In this document: positions 17,592 through 28,133 of the stretch, in pieces
How the letters are laid out: the number at the start of each line of letters is the position of its first letter
Numbering within the stretch: position 1 is the first letter of the stretch
Assembly: GCA_963837465.1 (NCBI GenBank)
Contig: CAWINB010000001.1
Span: 565,646-629,645 of the forward strand
From: Candidatus Doudnabacteria bacterium
GTDB taxonomy: Bacteria; Patescibacteriota; Doudnabacteria; UBA920
Direction: 5' to 3'
DNA: 64,000 nt
Notes under the pieces: generated by a model
What the model saw: only the letters and a program-made list of their open reading frames with translations
Database searches by the model: none
What the model was told of the DNA's origin: nothing
Position numbers and translations under genes: made by a program

Positions 17592-18719
17592 ATGGCCGGA
17601 AGAATTACTAAATCTATGCAAAAAGGCAAGATAAGCAAACTTTCCAAGGGTTTGCAAAAGTTGATAGAAGAGGAGTCGAACGCCAAAACTACCGGCACTG
17701 TCAGCAGCCATGTTAAAAATGCTCCGGCTCCGGTTTCGGCTTACGCCCAGAGGACGCTTAACCATTTAAACGGCGGATCCACGCTTCAGGCCGCGCTGTG
17801 GCTCAAGGAGCATTTAAAAAACGGCGGGAAATTGGTGGTTACTTTAGCCGGAGCATTATCGTCGTTCCAGGTTGGCGTAATGTTAGCCGAGCTTATTAGG
17901 CAAAATAAAGTCCATTTGGTTTCGGCAACTGGCGCCAATCACGAAGAATCATATTATAGATATGTAGCTCACTCCCATTATGCTTACATCCCCCGCTATA
18001 CCGAACTTACTCCGCAACAGGAAGCGGAACTGCGGGACGCGGGCCTGAGACGGATAACCGATACATTTTTACCGGAAGATGAAAGCGTGCGCATTATGGA
18101 ACCGCATTTATTAAAAATGTGGCAGGAAGCCGAAAGAAAAGGCGAGAAATATTTTCCGCACGAATATTTTAGGGAGTTATTTAAGGAAAAATTAATTAAG
18201 CCCGACCCAAAGGCCAACCAGGCCGATTGCTGGGCTTACGCGGCTTTTGAAAAAAATATTCCGATTGTGGTTCCGGGTTTTGAAGACTCCACCATGGGCA
18301 ATATTTTTGCCAGCTACACTTACAGCGGGCCTCATAAAAATAAAAAAGACCTTGTCTTAAACGGCAGTGTCATGAAAACCGGACTGGATTACTTCCACTT
18401 GATGTACGACTGGTATATGCGGGAGTCCAAAAACTCCCCCATTGCCTTTTTGCAGCTGGGCGGAGGCATCTCGGCCGACTTTCCGATTTGTGTCGTCCCC
18501 TCCCTGAAACATGATTTGCGCATGCACGGCAAAGTCCGCGACTGGGCCGGCTTTGTGGAAATCGGCTCCAGCCCTATGTCCTACGGCTCCTACTCCGGCG
18601 CCGGCGGCAAGGAAAAAATTACCTGGGACAAACTCTCCACCGAAAGCTACTATCAAATAATCCAAAGCGACGTAACCGTAGCCTTCCCGTGGATCGCGGC
18701 GGTGTTGCTGGGGTTGTAA
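17592..18719 (+). CDS. deoxyhypusine synthase-like protein (possible homospermidine synthase)
   Basis: VVTLAGALSS...HLVSATGANHEE matches DHS family NAD-binding core. Confidence 0.8.
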   Translation: MAGRITKSMQKGKISKLSKGLQKLIEEESNAKTTGTVSSHVKNAPAPVSAYAQRTLNHLNGGSTLQAALWLKEHLKNGGKLVVTLAGALSSFQVGVMLAELIRQNKVHLVSATGANHEESYYRYVAHSHYAYIPRYTELTPQQEAELRDAGLRRITDTFLPEDESVRIMEPHLLKMWQEAERKGEKYFPHEYFRELFKEKLIKPDPKANQADCWAYAAFEKNIPIVVPGFEDSTMGNIFASYTYSGPHKNKKDLVLNGSVMKTGLDYFHLMYDWYMRESKNSPIAFLQLGGGISADFPICVVPSLKHDLRMHGKVRDWAGFVEIGSSPMSYGSYSGAGGKEKITWDKLSTESYYQIIQSDVTVAFPWIAAVLLGL

Positions 18720-19274
18720 GCCTTGTGGACAACCTTGACAAAAATTTCTTAAAAGTATAGTATAATAATCCTATAGCGAAAGCTGCCCTGTCCCGCGGAG
18801 CGGGATCCGATATCCAAACCCCGCCGTAATAAGCGGGGTTTACTAATTCCTAAAATTTTATTTCCTTAATAGCCGCGATATCCCGCTTAATTTGCTGCGC
18901 GTTAATATATAAGTCAGCCTGCTCCTTTAAAATTAAAATGTCAAATTTTTAATACAAACAATAATCCCCGCAGTCCTTTATAGGAGATGTGGGGATTATT
19001 TCAGGCTGGCTTTTCCCATACGCGATTTTCTTTTCTACTTAATTGTAGATCAGGCATAAGCGCCTGTAGGCTTTTCGCTGATACAGCGGGAAAAGCTACC
19101 TGCCATAAAACCTGTTAATCATCTATTGCTTTCCTTTCTGCTTTAATTTTACGCCCGCTCAAAAACCTCCGCAAGCCTTTTAAGGTGGATAACCGCAAAA
19201 AAAGCCTTAATAAAAAATAAAAACATTTCTTCCTTGATTTTTCTGTGGTGTTTTCAATTTCATCAATAAAACAA

Positions 19275-19304
19275 AAAATCCGCCCCTGTTTAAGGGCGGA
19301 TTTT
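19275..19304 (-). terminator. rho-independent terminator of dnaG-rpoD operon
   Basis: aaaatccgcccctgtttaagggcggatttt, followed on minus strand by ttttttgtttt. Confidence 0.6.
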
Positions 19305-19377
19305 AAATTCAAGATGAGGGATTGCCACGTCGCCTCTTCGGATGCACTTGAGGCTCCTCGCAATGACACCGAAATGG

Positions 19378-20685
19378 CTAGTAATCTCTCAATTTATTTA
19401 TATCAATATGCTCCCTAATTCTCTCCAAAGCTTTGGACTCAATTTGCCTAATGCGCTCGCGGGTTACGCCGAATTCTTCGCCGACTTCTTCCAAAGTATG
19501 CGTAACGCCGTCTTCCAGACCGAAACGCATTTTTAAAATCTTTTGTTCGCGCGGGTCCAAATCCAGCAGAATATTGCCGACGTATTCCTTTAAAATTTGC
19601 CGGCCGGCCACCTCATTGGGCTTGGTCGTGTCCTCGTCCACAATAAAATCACCCAAAGACGAATCTTCGCCGTCATCCTCACCCACCGGGGAATCTATGG
19701 ACACCGTTTCCTGGGAAATTTTTTTAAGGTGGTAAACTTTTTCCACCTCTATGCCCATTTCCGCGGCAATTTCCTCCGGCAGAGGTTCGCGCCCCAAATC
19801 CTGCACCAATTGGCGCTCGGCCTGGGCGTACTTGTTCAGAGTTTCCACCATGTGCACCGGAATGCGGATGGTGCGGCTTTGGTCGGCCAGGGCGCGGGTA
19901 ATAGCCTGGCGGATCCACCAGGTGGCGTAGGTGGAAAATTTGTAGCCTTTGCGCCAGTCAAATTTTTCCACGGCCCTAAACAGCCCCAGATTACCTTCCT
20001 GGATTAAATCCAAAAGGCCCAGGTTGCGGCCCATATATTTTTTGGCAATGCTGACCACCAGCCTCAAGTTGGCTTCCGTCAATTTTTTGCGCGCGGTCAC
20101 ATCGCCCTTGGTAATGCGTTTGGCCAGATCCACTTCTTCGGCGCCCTTAAGCAGCGGCACCTTGCCGATTTCGCGCAAATACATCTGGATGCTGTCGTCG
20201 TAAATATCGCCCAAATCAAAAGCGTCCACGGCGTCTTCCTGTTTCTTTTTTTTGGCCTTGGCGCCCTTGGCGCCCTTAGGCTCTTCCGGCTGGTCGGCGG
20301 CAGGCTTATTTTGTTCCCAAACGGATGCCACTTCCTGGTCAACAACTTCAATGCCGCGCTTTTCCAGCGCGTCCATAACTTTTTCCAGGGCAGGAATATC
20401 ATCTTCAAAATTGGGCAAAGTATGCAGAATTTCTGCCTCGGTTACAAAACCCCGCTCACTGGCCTTAAACATAAGCTTCTGCAGGAGTTTTTCCGTGTCT
20501 ATGGACTTGGCCGTTGTGTCGACAGGCAAATGCGAAACATCCTGAACCGCTTTTGGCGTCCGGCTTTTGGCTTTGGCGGAAGATTTTTGCTTGGCAGCTT
20601 TTTTTAAAACGCGTTTAAAAACCTTTTTCCCGCGCTTGGCGGTTTTTTGATGTTTTAAATGCCTGGTTTTTTTAGCCATAATCAA
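19378..20685 (-). CDS. rpoD: RNA polymerase sigma-70 factor
   Basis: regions 1.2-4 present; [13 protein letters not shown] in region 4. Confidence 0.9.
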   Translation of the reverse strand: MIMAKKTRHLKHQKTAKRGKKVFKRVLKKAAKQKSSAKAKSRTPKAVQDVSHLPVDTTAKSIDTEKLLQKLMFKASERGFVTEAEILHTLPNFEDDIPALEKVMDALEKRGIEVVDQEVASVWEQNKPAADQPEEPKGAKGAKAKKKKQEDAVDAFDLGDIYDDSIQMYLREIGKVPLLKGAEEVDLAKRITKGDVTARKKLTEANLRLVVSIAKKYMGRNLGLLDLIQEGNLGLFRAVEKFDWRKGYKFSTYATWWIRQAITRALADQSRTIRIPVHMVETLNKYAQAERQLVQDLGREPLPEEIAAEMGIEVEKVYHLKKISQETVSIDSPVGEDDGEDSSLGDFIVDEDTTKPNEVAGRQILKEYVGNILLDLDPREQKILKMRFGLEDGVTHTLEEVGEEFGVTRERIRQIESKALERIREHIDINKLRDY

Positions 20686-20704
20686 GTACCTAAAAATTTA
20701 AAAT

Positions 20705-22464
20705 CTAAAGCAGCGCCTCAAGTTGCATTTTCTCGGCGGAAATAATAGCGAATTTTTGGTTTAGCTCGTGGATTTTTTCTTTATTTTGCGCGATCTCGGC
20801 CATTTTTATTTCCGACTGCAAATTCTGCTGCTGTTTTTTTATGGATACCGTCCTTAAAAGCGCGAAGGCCTTGAACAATTCCCGCAAAAGCGGGATTTGA
20901 TTGCCCCCCAATTCATCTAACTGGGATTCTACCATAAATTGGGCCTCCTTGGCAATGGCTGACTGGCTGAACATATCCCCGTCCGGATTGCCGGAACCAA
21001 GCCGCGTTACCATTTGCCCAATCTCCATAGTTTCAAAATCCTCGGGCTCAAGCTTGCCCAAAACTTCCCGCCTAAAATCCTCAAAAACCAACAGGCCGCC
21101 CAGGACTTCTTTTTCCAGTAAAAGATTACCATTATTGGCTCTGGATATTACCGAAGCGGCCGCGGTGTTTTGGGGCTTGATTTGCCGGCGCAGGGTAGCT
21201 TCGGAAATTAAAAATTTCGTGGCAATTTTATGGATATAGTGATCCTGCTCTAAAGGATCGGAAACAAAAACCAAAAAAGGCACCACTTGCTCGCCCAGAT
21301 AAAGTTTCTGCTCCACCGATCCGGCCGGGAAATTTAATTCCGCGGAATTGATATAATAATCCAGAAACCAGACGGCCTCACTCACGGCTTTTTGCCACAG
21401 TCCCGGACTTTTTTTTATAATATCGTCCGGGTCTAATTTATCTTCCGAACTTGCGGCCAAAACAATCAGCTTAAGCCTGAAACCCATCTTAAGAGCCGTT
21501 TCCCCGGCCCGCCTGGCCGCGGCTTGACCGGCCGCGTCGCTGTCAAAGCAAAATTTTAAATTCTTGGTCAGGCGGCCAAGCTGCTGCAGCTGTTGCTCGG
21601 TCAGGGCCGTACCGCTGGAAGCCACCACATTATTAAAACCGGCCTGGTGGGCTGAAACGCAATCCATTTGGCCCTCTACCATTACGGCTTCGTCGCCTTT
21701 ACGGATGCCGTCCTTGGCGAAATTCAGACCGAATAAAATTTTGCTTTTGTTGTAGATAACTGTTTCGGGGGAGTTGACGTACTTGGCCGATTTTCCGTCA
21801 TCGTTTAATATTCTGGCTGAAAACCCCACGACTTCGCCGAAATAATTATAAACCGGAAAAGTTACGCGGCCCCGGAACCTGTCGTACATTTGGCCGCGTT
21901 CGTTTTTGGCGCTGACCCCGGCTTTGACCAAATCCGCGGGCGCGACTTTTTTTGGGCCAGGGCTTTTTCCAAAGCATGGTAATCATCCGGCGCGAATCCG
22001 ATTTGCCATTTGGCAATAGTTGCTTCATTTAGACCGCGGTGTTTTAAATATTCCAGCGCGGCTTTGCCGCGGCCGTCTTTAACCAAAATCTGGTGGTAGT
22101 AGCGGGCCGCGAAATTATTAATCCGTAAAAACAGGTCTTTTTCGTCGGAAGATATTTTAGCTCCCGTAGCGCTGCCGTAAGCCGGCAATGTCACACCGGC
22201 TTTGTCAGCCAAAATTTTCAGCGCGTCCTTAAAATCCAGGTTTTCATACTTAATGACAAAACCAAAAACATCTCCGCCTTCGCCGCAGCCAAAGCAGTGC
22301 CAAATTTGTTTTTGCGGCGATATCTGCAAAGAAGCGGTTTTCTCGCCGTGAAACGGGCACAGCGCCTTAAAATTGGCGCCGGCTTTTTTTATGGGAATAT
22401 AGCCGGCAATAACATCCGCAATGTTCAACCTATCTTTAATTTCCTGCGTAATTTGGTCAGCCAT
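20705..22464 (-). CDS. dnaG: DNA primase, reading frame interrupted (zinc-finger ORF 21862..22464 and TOPRIM ORF 20705..21931 overlap in different frames)
   Basis: CPFHGEKTASLQ...CFGCGEGGD zinc ribbon; RFRGRVTFPV and EGQMD TOPRIM motifs; frames switch near T7 run at 21945-21960. Confidence 0.8.
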
Positions 22465-22550
22465 AACTTAATTTTAGCTTTATTACCGCTCCGCCGCAAC
22501 CTCGACAAAACTGATGGAATTATGATAAAATAGTTGGGATTTCTATATCT

Positions 22551-22640
22551 GGAGAGGTCGCATAGTGGTCGAGTGCACGCGCTTGGAAAGCGCGCAGACC
22601 TTCACCGGTCTCGGGGGTTCGAATCCCCCTCTCTCCGCCA
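22551..22640 (+). tRNA. tRNA-Ser(GGA)
   Basis: 90 nt, acceptor GGAGAGG/TCTCTCC, anticodon loop TTGGAAA, long variable arm, T-arm GGGGGTTCGAATCCCCC, encoded CCA. Confidence 0.85.
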
Positions 22641-22669
22641 AAAAAATCCCACATTGTGGGATTTTTTTG
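22641..22669. terminator. bidirectional hairpin aaaaaaatcccacattgtgggattttttt
   Basis: perfect stem flanked by A-run and T-run between tRNA-Ser and convergent ppsA. Confidence 0.6.
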
Positions 22670-22713
22670 TTTCAAGCTAACCGCCGCGGGCGGAAAATCA
22701 AGAAGCAAAAAAT

Positions 22714-25182
22714 CTATTTTCCGATTTTTTCTTCCACTGCTTTTATATTTACAGATGCCTTCAAAACCGTATCGGGGTTTATGGATATGGAATCTATGCC
22801 TTCCCCCACCAGCATTTCGGCGAAGTCCGGGAAGTCGGACGGGCCTTGGCCGCAGATACCAACTTTTAATTGGAGCTGGTGGGCTTCTTTAATTAACATC
22901 TTAATAAGTTTCTGCACGGATTTATTGCGCTCGTTGCCGATGTGGGCGATGAGTTTGGAGTCGCGATCAAGACCCAAGGTCAGTTGTGTTAGATCATTGG
23001 AACCAATGGAAAAACCGTCAAAAATTTCCGCGAAATCTTCCACCTGCAAAATGTTGGAAGGGATTTCGGCCATAACCCAGACTTCCAGTGCCTTAACCAA
23101 ATCCCCGCTCTTTTTGGCCAAGCGCTGCTGTTTGCTGATGCGGTTATTAAGCCCGTACTTTTCCATAATCGCGACAACTTTTTTACCCTCTTCCGGCGTG
23201 CGGCAAAACGGCACCATAACGCTTAAGTTCCACAAACCCATTTTTTCCCGGACTTTTTTTACGGCCGCCACTTCCAAAGAAAAAGCCTTTTCATAATTGG
23301 GATCGTAATAGCGGCTGGCCCCGCGCCAGCCCATCATGGGATTTTCTTCTTCCGGCTCGTACATTTTTCCGCCAATTAAATTGGCGTATTCATTGCTTTT
23401 AAAATCGCTGAACCTAAGCAGGACATCATTAGGATAAAAAGCCGCGGCCAATTGCGCGATGCCAAAAGAAAGTTTTTCTACGTAATATTCAGCCTTATCT
23501 TTGTAACCGGCCGTTAGTTCATCAATTTGTTTCTTAACGTTAACGTCGGTTAGTTTTTCGTAATCTATTAAAGCTTTAGGATGGATTTTAATGAAGTTGG
23601 AAATCACAAACTCCTGTCTGGCCAGCCCCACGCCTTTGTTGGGCAGTTGGCAGTGCTTAAAAGCCTGCTCCGGGTCGGCGATAATCATTTTAATGGGAGT
23701 CTTCGGCGCTTTAAAATTGGACAGGTCGGTTTTATTAACTTCAAACTTCAGCAAACCTTTGTAAACTTTTCCCACTTCACCCTCGCTACAGGACACGGTA
23801 ATTTCCTGGCCGTCCTTTAAAACTTCGGTGGCGTTGCCGCAGCCAAGCACAGCGGGAATTCCCAGCTCGCGGCTGACTATAGCGGCGTGGGATGTGCGTC
23901 CCCCGGCATCGGTAACTATGGCCGAAGCGATTTTCATAATCGGCTCCCAGTCCGGATCTGTAATTTGAGTAACCAGGACTTCGCCTTTTTTAAAATCCCT
24001 TAAATTATTTACATCTTTTATAACATGGACTTTCCCCTGGCCGATTTTGGCGCCCACTGCCGCGCCCTTAACCAAAACTTCACCCTGTTCTTTAAGCTGG
24101 TATTCTTCCAAAATAGTTTTATTATCGCGGTTGCGCACGGTTTCCGGACGGGCCTGGATAATATACAAAGCCATGCTGTCGTTTTCGTAAGCCCATTCAA
24201 TGTCCATAGGCCGGCCGTAATGCTCCTCTATAATTACGGCCCAACGCGCCAGCTTCAGCACCGTTTCATCGTCCAGAATAAATTTCCGCCTGTCATCCTT
24301 GCTGACAATTTCTTCGCGCGTTGGCTCCGTACCTTCGGGTGCGTAAATTAATTTTTTCTCTTTGCTACCCAATTTTTTGCTGATAATGGATTTAAAGCCC
24401 TGCTTAAGCGTGGGTTTAAACACCACAAACTCGTCGGGATTAACAATGCCTTTAACCACGTATTCGCCCAAACCCCACGAGCCGTTAATTAATACAACGT
24501 CTTTAAATCCGCTTTCGGTATCTAACGTAAAAATAACTCCGCTGCTGCCCCTGTCCGAGCGCGCCATTTTTTGCACCACCACGGAAAGCGCCACGTTAAA
24601 GTGGTCGTAATTTTTATCCTGCCGGTAGGAAATAGCGCGGTTGGTAAAGAGTGATGAAAAGGCTTTTTTAATGGCTTCCAAAACTTCCAAGGCCCCGGAA
24701 ATATTTAAATAAGATTCCTGCTGGCCGGCAAAGCTGGCGTCCGGAAGATCTTCTGCGGTCGCGGATGACCTTACCGCGACGTCCAACTCTTGAGGATTAA
24801 CGCCAAAGTGTACGGCCAATTTTTCATAAGCCGCGGCTATTTCTTTTTCCAGGCTTTCCGGAAATTTGGCATTTAAAATCGCTTCGCGGATTTTATGACC
24901 CACTTTTTCCAATTGTTCTATGTCTCCGGTATCCAAACCTTTTAAAGTACTATTGATAAAATCATCCAGCTTGTTTTGGGTTATAAAAGTCCGATAAGCA
25001 AAAGCGCTGACGGCAAAGCCATAAGGCACTTGTATCCTTTCATCCTTAAATACCTTGCTTTCGCTCTTGGTCAAATTCCGGTACATCTCCCCCAAATTGG
25101 CGTTCTTGCCGCCGACCAAACCCACATCCTCCCTGCCGATTTCGTCAAACCAAAAAATAAATTTGTCTTGTTTGTTGTCCAT
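22714..25182 (-). CDS. ppsA: phosphoenolpyruvate synthase (pyruvate, water dikinase)
   Basis: 822 aa; N-terminal FDEIGREDVGLVGGKNANLGEM, phosphohistidine region GGRTSHAAIVSRELGIPAV, PEP-utilising C-terminus. Confidence 0.9.
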   Translation of the reverse strand: MDNKQDKFIFWFDEIGREDVGLVGGKNANLGEMYRNLTKSESKVFKDERIQVPYGFAVSAFAYRTFITQNKLDDFINSTLKGLDTGDIEQLEKVGHKIREAILNAKFPESLEKEIAAAYEKLAVHFGVNPQELDVAVRSSATAEDLPDASFAGQQESYLNISGALEVLEAIKKAFSSLFTNRAISYRQDKNYDHFNVALSVVVQKMARSDRGSSGVIFTLDTESGFKDVVLINGSWGLGEYVVKGIVNPDEFVVFKPTLKQGFKSIISKKLGSKEKKLIYAPEGTEPTREEIVSKDDRRKFILDDETVLKLARWAVIIEEHYGRPMDIEWAYENDSMALYIIQARPETVRNRDNKTILEEYQLKEQGEVLVKGAAVGAKIGQGKVHVIKDVNNLRDFKKGEVLVTQITDPDWEPIMKIASAIVTDAGGRTSHAAIVSRELGIPAVLGCGNATEVLKDGQEITVSCSEGEVGKVYKGLLKFEVNKTDLSNFKAPKTPIKMIIADPEQAFKHCQLPNKGVGLARQEFVISNFIKIHPKALIDYEKLTDVNVKKQIDELTAGYKDKAEYYVEKLSFGIAQLAAAFYPNDVLLRFSDFKSNEYANLIGGKMYEPEEENPMMGWRGASRYYDPNYEKAFSLEVAAVKKVREKMGLWNLSVMVPFCRTPEEGKKVVAIMEKYGLNNRISKQQRLAKKSGDLVKALEVWVMAEIPSNILQVEDFAEIFDGFSIGSNDLTQLTLGLDRDSKLIAHIGNERNKSVQKLIKMLIKEAHQLQLKVGICGQGPSDFPDFAEMLVGEGIDSISINPDTVLKASVNIKAVEEKIGK

Positions 25183-25191
25183 AGTTATGAC

Positions 25192-25845
25192 TTAATTATT
25201 TTTATTAATTTCTTGAATATGTACACCTTTTAACTCTAAAACAAAAAAATCTATGCCATCCGTTTTTAACTTAATGTAAGCCAAATTTTCTACATGTTCA
25301 GGTTTTAGCTGATCGTAAGTTACCAGGCCCAGCTTCATCAAAAAAGCCCGCATAATAGAACCATGGCTGACTGCTAAGATTGTTTTGTTGGGATAAGCAA
25401 CCGCCGTTTCTCGTAAAAAGGTCAGCATTCTTGCCGCTATTTCCGTATTGCTCTCAAAACCCTCTGCTGTTTTAAAATCCTGTTTTTCGGCTTCTGTGAA
25501 AGTTTTTAGCTTTTCCCGCTGTTGTTTGGTTTCCTCCAAAAACTCTTTAATCGGCCGGCCTTCGTAAGCGCCAAAAAATCTTTCTCTTAAGATTTTCGTG
25601 GTATTAACTTCCAGAGATTTTCCCGCGGCAATTATTTGAGCGGTTCCGTGAGCCCGTGTCAGATCCGAAGAAAAAACAGCGTCAAAAGAAACATCCCTTA
25701 AACTTTGAGCCAGCTCCTTGGCCTGATTTTTACCTTTGGGTGTAATGGGTGAATTACTATGACCCTGCATAATTTCATTTACATTATGCTCGCTCTCGCC
25801 ATGCCTGACTAAATAAATTATGCAATAATTTCCTTGTTTTTCCAT
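25192..25845 (-). CDS. histidine phosphatase (phosphoglycerate mutase-like) family protein
   Basis: LVRHGESEHN catalytic motif. Confidence 0.8.
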   Translation of the reverse strand: MEKQGNYCIIYLVRHGESEHNVNEIMQGHSNSPITPKGKNQAKELAQSLRDVSFDAVFSSDLTRAHGTAQIIAAGKSLEVNTTKILRERFFGAYEGRPIKEFLEETKQQREKLKTFTEAEKQDFKTAEGFESNTEIAARMLTFLRETAVAYPNKTILAVSHGSIMRAFLMKLGLVTYDQLKPEHVENLAYIKLKTDGIDFFVLELKGVHIQEINKNN

Positions 25846-26011
25846 AAACTTTACCCACCTCTAATTCCCATAATAAACAATGTTTTTATAATATTTGTTT
25901 TTCCGCGAAAATAGCACTTACTGTAAGTACAAACTTGTGAAAATTAGTGGCCGGTTAATTATAGCAATTTTAAAATTATTATCCAGCGTCAAAATTATTT
26001 TTTAGTCTACA

Positions 26012-26039
26012 TCATAAATTCACGGCCGTGAATTTATGA
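26012..26039. promoter_or_regulatory. 28-bp perfect palindrome tcataaattcacggccgtgaatttatga overlapping stop of PaaX-like gene
   Basis: shares core acggccgt with palindrome at 26591-26620. Confidence 0.4.
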
Positions 26040-26592
26040 ATCTTACTTTCTTCAAACCAAACCTCTTACGCAAATCCGCGTCATTATCAATATCATCCGC
26101 GCGGATAATTCTGATATAAGCATCCAAGCCACTTTGCCGCAAATAAGTTATAGCTTCCCGATTTAATGCGTAAGGACTTACAAATACACTGGCCTGCAGT
26201 TTGGTAAAATTATTCCTTTTTAACAACCAGCGCAACTGGTCGCGCTTGTCTCTAGAGGTTTCCGGAATATCAAAAACCATCAGTCGCCATTTGCCATCCC
26301 ACACCCCGGATTGCGGCAGCTTAGCTTTGATGAATAATTTTTCCAACTGACCCTCCCGTGTTAAGACAAGAAGCTGCTTCTTGCCCCGCTTGATCACCTT
26401 TATCAAACCTTTCTTCTTAAGACGGTAGACAGTATTTCCCAGATTTCTTTTATTAACTCCTGCCAATTGCTTTCTGCGCCAGGCTTCGCTATAAGTCAAC
26501 GGCCATTCAAAAAAGCCGGTAGCCTCACCAATAGAGGTTAATAATACACTGGCCACTGATCCATGTTTGCTTCTCATGCTTTTAGTATACAT
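26020..26592 (-). CDS. PaaX-family-like putative transcriptional regulator
   Basis: C-terminal GVWDGKWRLMVFDIPE...RDQLRWLL resembles PaaX C-terminal domain. Confidence 0.55.
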   Translation of the reverse strand: MYTKSMRSKHGSVASVLLTSIGEATGFFEWPLTYSEAWRRKQLAGVNKRNLGNTVYRLKKKGLIKVIKRGKKQLLVLTREGQLEKLFIKAKLPQSGVWDGKWRLMVFDIPETSRDKRDQLRWLLKRNNFTKLQASVFVSPYALNREAITYLRQSGLDAYIRIIRADDIDNDADLRKRFGLKKVRFINSRP

Positions 26593-26620
26593 CAGATATT
26601 TACGGCCGTAAATATCTGAT
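26591..26620. promoter_or_regulatory. 30-bp perfect palindrome atcagatatttacggccgtaaatatctgat overlapping start codon of PaaX-like gene
   Basis: arms differ from the 26012 copy by compensatory changes that preserve the palindrome. Confidence 0.4.
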
Positions 26621-26625
26621 TGAGT

Positions 26626-28005
26626 TTAAAATAGTCCCAATTGCTTAGATTTTTTAAATAGTTTTTCTCTTTCCTGGTCGGTATAGATATGGATTTTCCC
26701 AAACACGCCGTCGTAGCCGCCTTCTATGTGGACGTTGCCTTCTCTGACCCTGATAACGGATTTGGCGATTTCGGTGGCGCTGATTTTGGAGATTTGGTCT
26801 TCGTTAAGATCAAGCAGAATTTCAAACTCGCTCCAACCGCCTCCCCCCGCTTCGCGGGGTGCTCCTCCTTTAAAAGAAGGAGAGACTGCGCCAGTCATCT
26901 GCTCATACATCGCCAAGACTTTTTTGCTCCGCGTGCCGACTTCAAAAACATCGGCGATAACTTCTTCCAAGGGGATAAGGTTTTTAAACGGTACAGCGCG
27001 GGGAGGGACAAAACCAAACTCACGGTCAGCCAAATCATCCACCCTGTTTAAAACCCCAACCAATAATTTCTTGCCGCAAATCGGGCAGATGCCGTTTAAT
27101 TTTTTGGTCTGGCCGGGCAGGCAGGAAAACTTGCAGTCACGATGTCCGTCTAAATGGTATTTGCCTTCTTCGGGAAAAAATTCAATGGTGTATAAAAACC
27201 TAGCCGGATCTTTACTGTATAAAATGCTGATAATTTCCGCGTACGATAATTTATCTTCAGGGATTTCAAACACGTTCGCCTCTCGGCCAATCTTCCTTAA
27301 AGAATGCGCGTCGGAATTGGAAGTTAAGGAATATTTATCAAGTCCGCTAATTTGCCAATTCATTTTTGGGTCCGACGATAACCCCGTTTCAATCGCGCGG
27401 ATATATTTTGCCTGGTCGCCGAACGCTTCTTCAATGCTGTCAAATCCGGACAACGATCCAAAAACCCCAAAATGCGGCGTCCAGGCGTGCGCCGGAATAA
27501 CCTCGGCATCTTGCGAAGCCTCTTTGACTATCTTAACCAAGTCGTCGCAATGCACGCCCATAATCGGCCGACCGTCGGCTTTTAAATTAGCTCCTGTTTT
27601 TTCCAGGCCAATTATGATTTTATCCACGGCCTCAAACGAGGGCGCGAAAATCATATTATGCACCCGCCGGACTTTGTCGCCCTGCTTATATATAGAGGAG
27701 ACTTCGGAGGTCAGCATAAACAGAGCGCTGGGTACGCCTGTAGCGGCATGCCTGGGCATGCCGTTTGAATCAGGCACGCCCCGGCGTGCCTCTACGGGAT
27801 CTGCTTTTAATATGTACAATCCCGGTTTTGCTTCTCCCAAAGTTTCCTTTAACTCCGCCAGCCACTTGGGATGGGTAAAATCGCCTGTGCCGATAACCTG
27901 TATCCCCTTCTTGTCGGCCCAATGGCCGATGTTTTTTGGGATTAAATCCCGCGAGCAGGCCCTGCTATACTTTGAGTGTATTTGTAAGTCTGCGATAATT
28001 CTCAT
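26626..28005 (-). CDS. endonuclease Q (EndoQ)-like PHP-domain nuclease with C-terminal zinc finger
   Basis: DLQIHSKYS PHP motif; LTSNSDAHSLRKIGREANVFEI and CPICGKKLLVG align with archaeal EndoQ. Confidence 0.75.
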   Translation of the reverse strand: MRIIADLQIHSKYSRACSRDLIPKNIGHWADKKGIQVIGTGDFTHPKWLAELKETLGEAKPGLYILKADPVEARRGVPDSNGMPRHAATGVPSALFMLTSEVSSIYKQGDKVRRVHNMIFAPSFEAVDKIIIGLEKTGANLKADGRPIMGVHCDDLVKIVKEASQDAEVIPAHAWTPHFGVFGSLSGFDSIEEAFGDQAKYIRAIETGLSSDPKMNWQISGLDKYSLTSNSDAHSLRKIGREANVFEIPEDKLSYAEIISILYSKDPARFLYTIEFFPEEGKYHLDGHRDCKFSCLPGQTKKLNGICPICGKKLLVGVLNRVDDLADREFGFVPPRAVPFKNLIPLEEVIADVFEVGTRSKKVLAMYEQMTGAVSPSFKGGAPREAGGGGWSEFEILLDLNEDQISKISATEIAKSVIRVREGNVHIEGGYDGVFGKIHIYTDQEREKLFKKSKQLGLF

Positions 28006-28133
28006 AAAATTTTATTTATTCGTTAGCCTGCGATGTCCGCCGAAACGCTTTGGTGAAGGCGGAGTAGCAGGCCCGGGAATATTTGGAGTGGATTTGAAGA
28101 TCAGCAATGACAAGCATAGGTTTTTGATGTATA

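Noticed and set aside
22565-23296. ORF 22565..23296 (+), 243 aa
   Set aside because: Starts inside tRNA-Ser and runs antisense through ppsA; low-complexity S/T/P-rich product.
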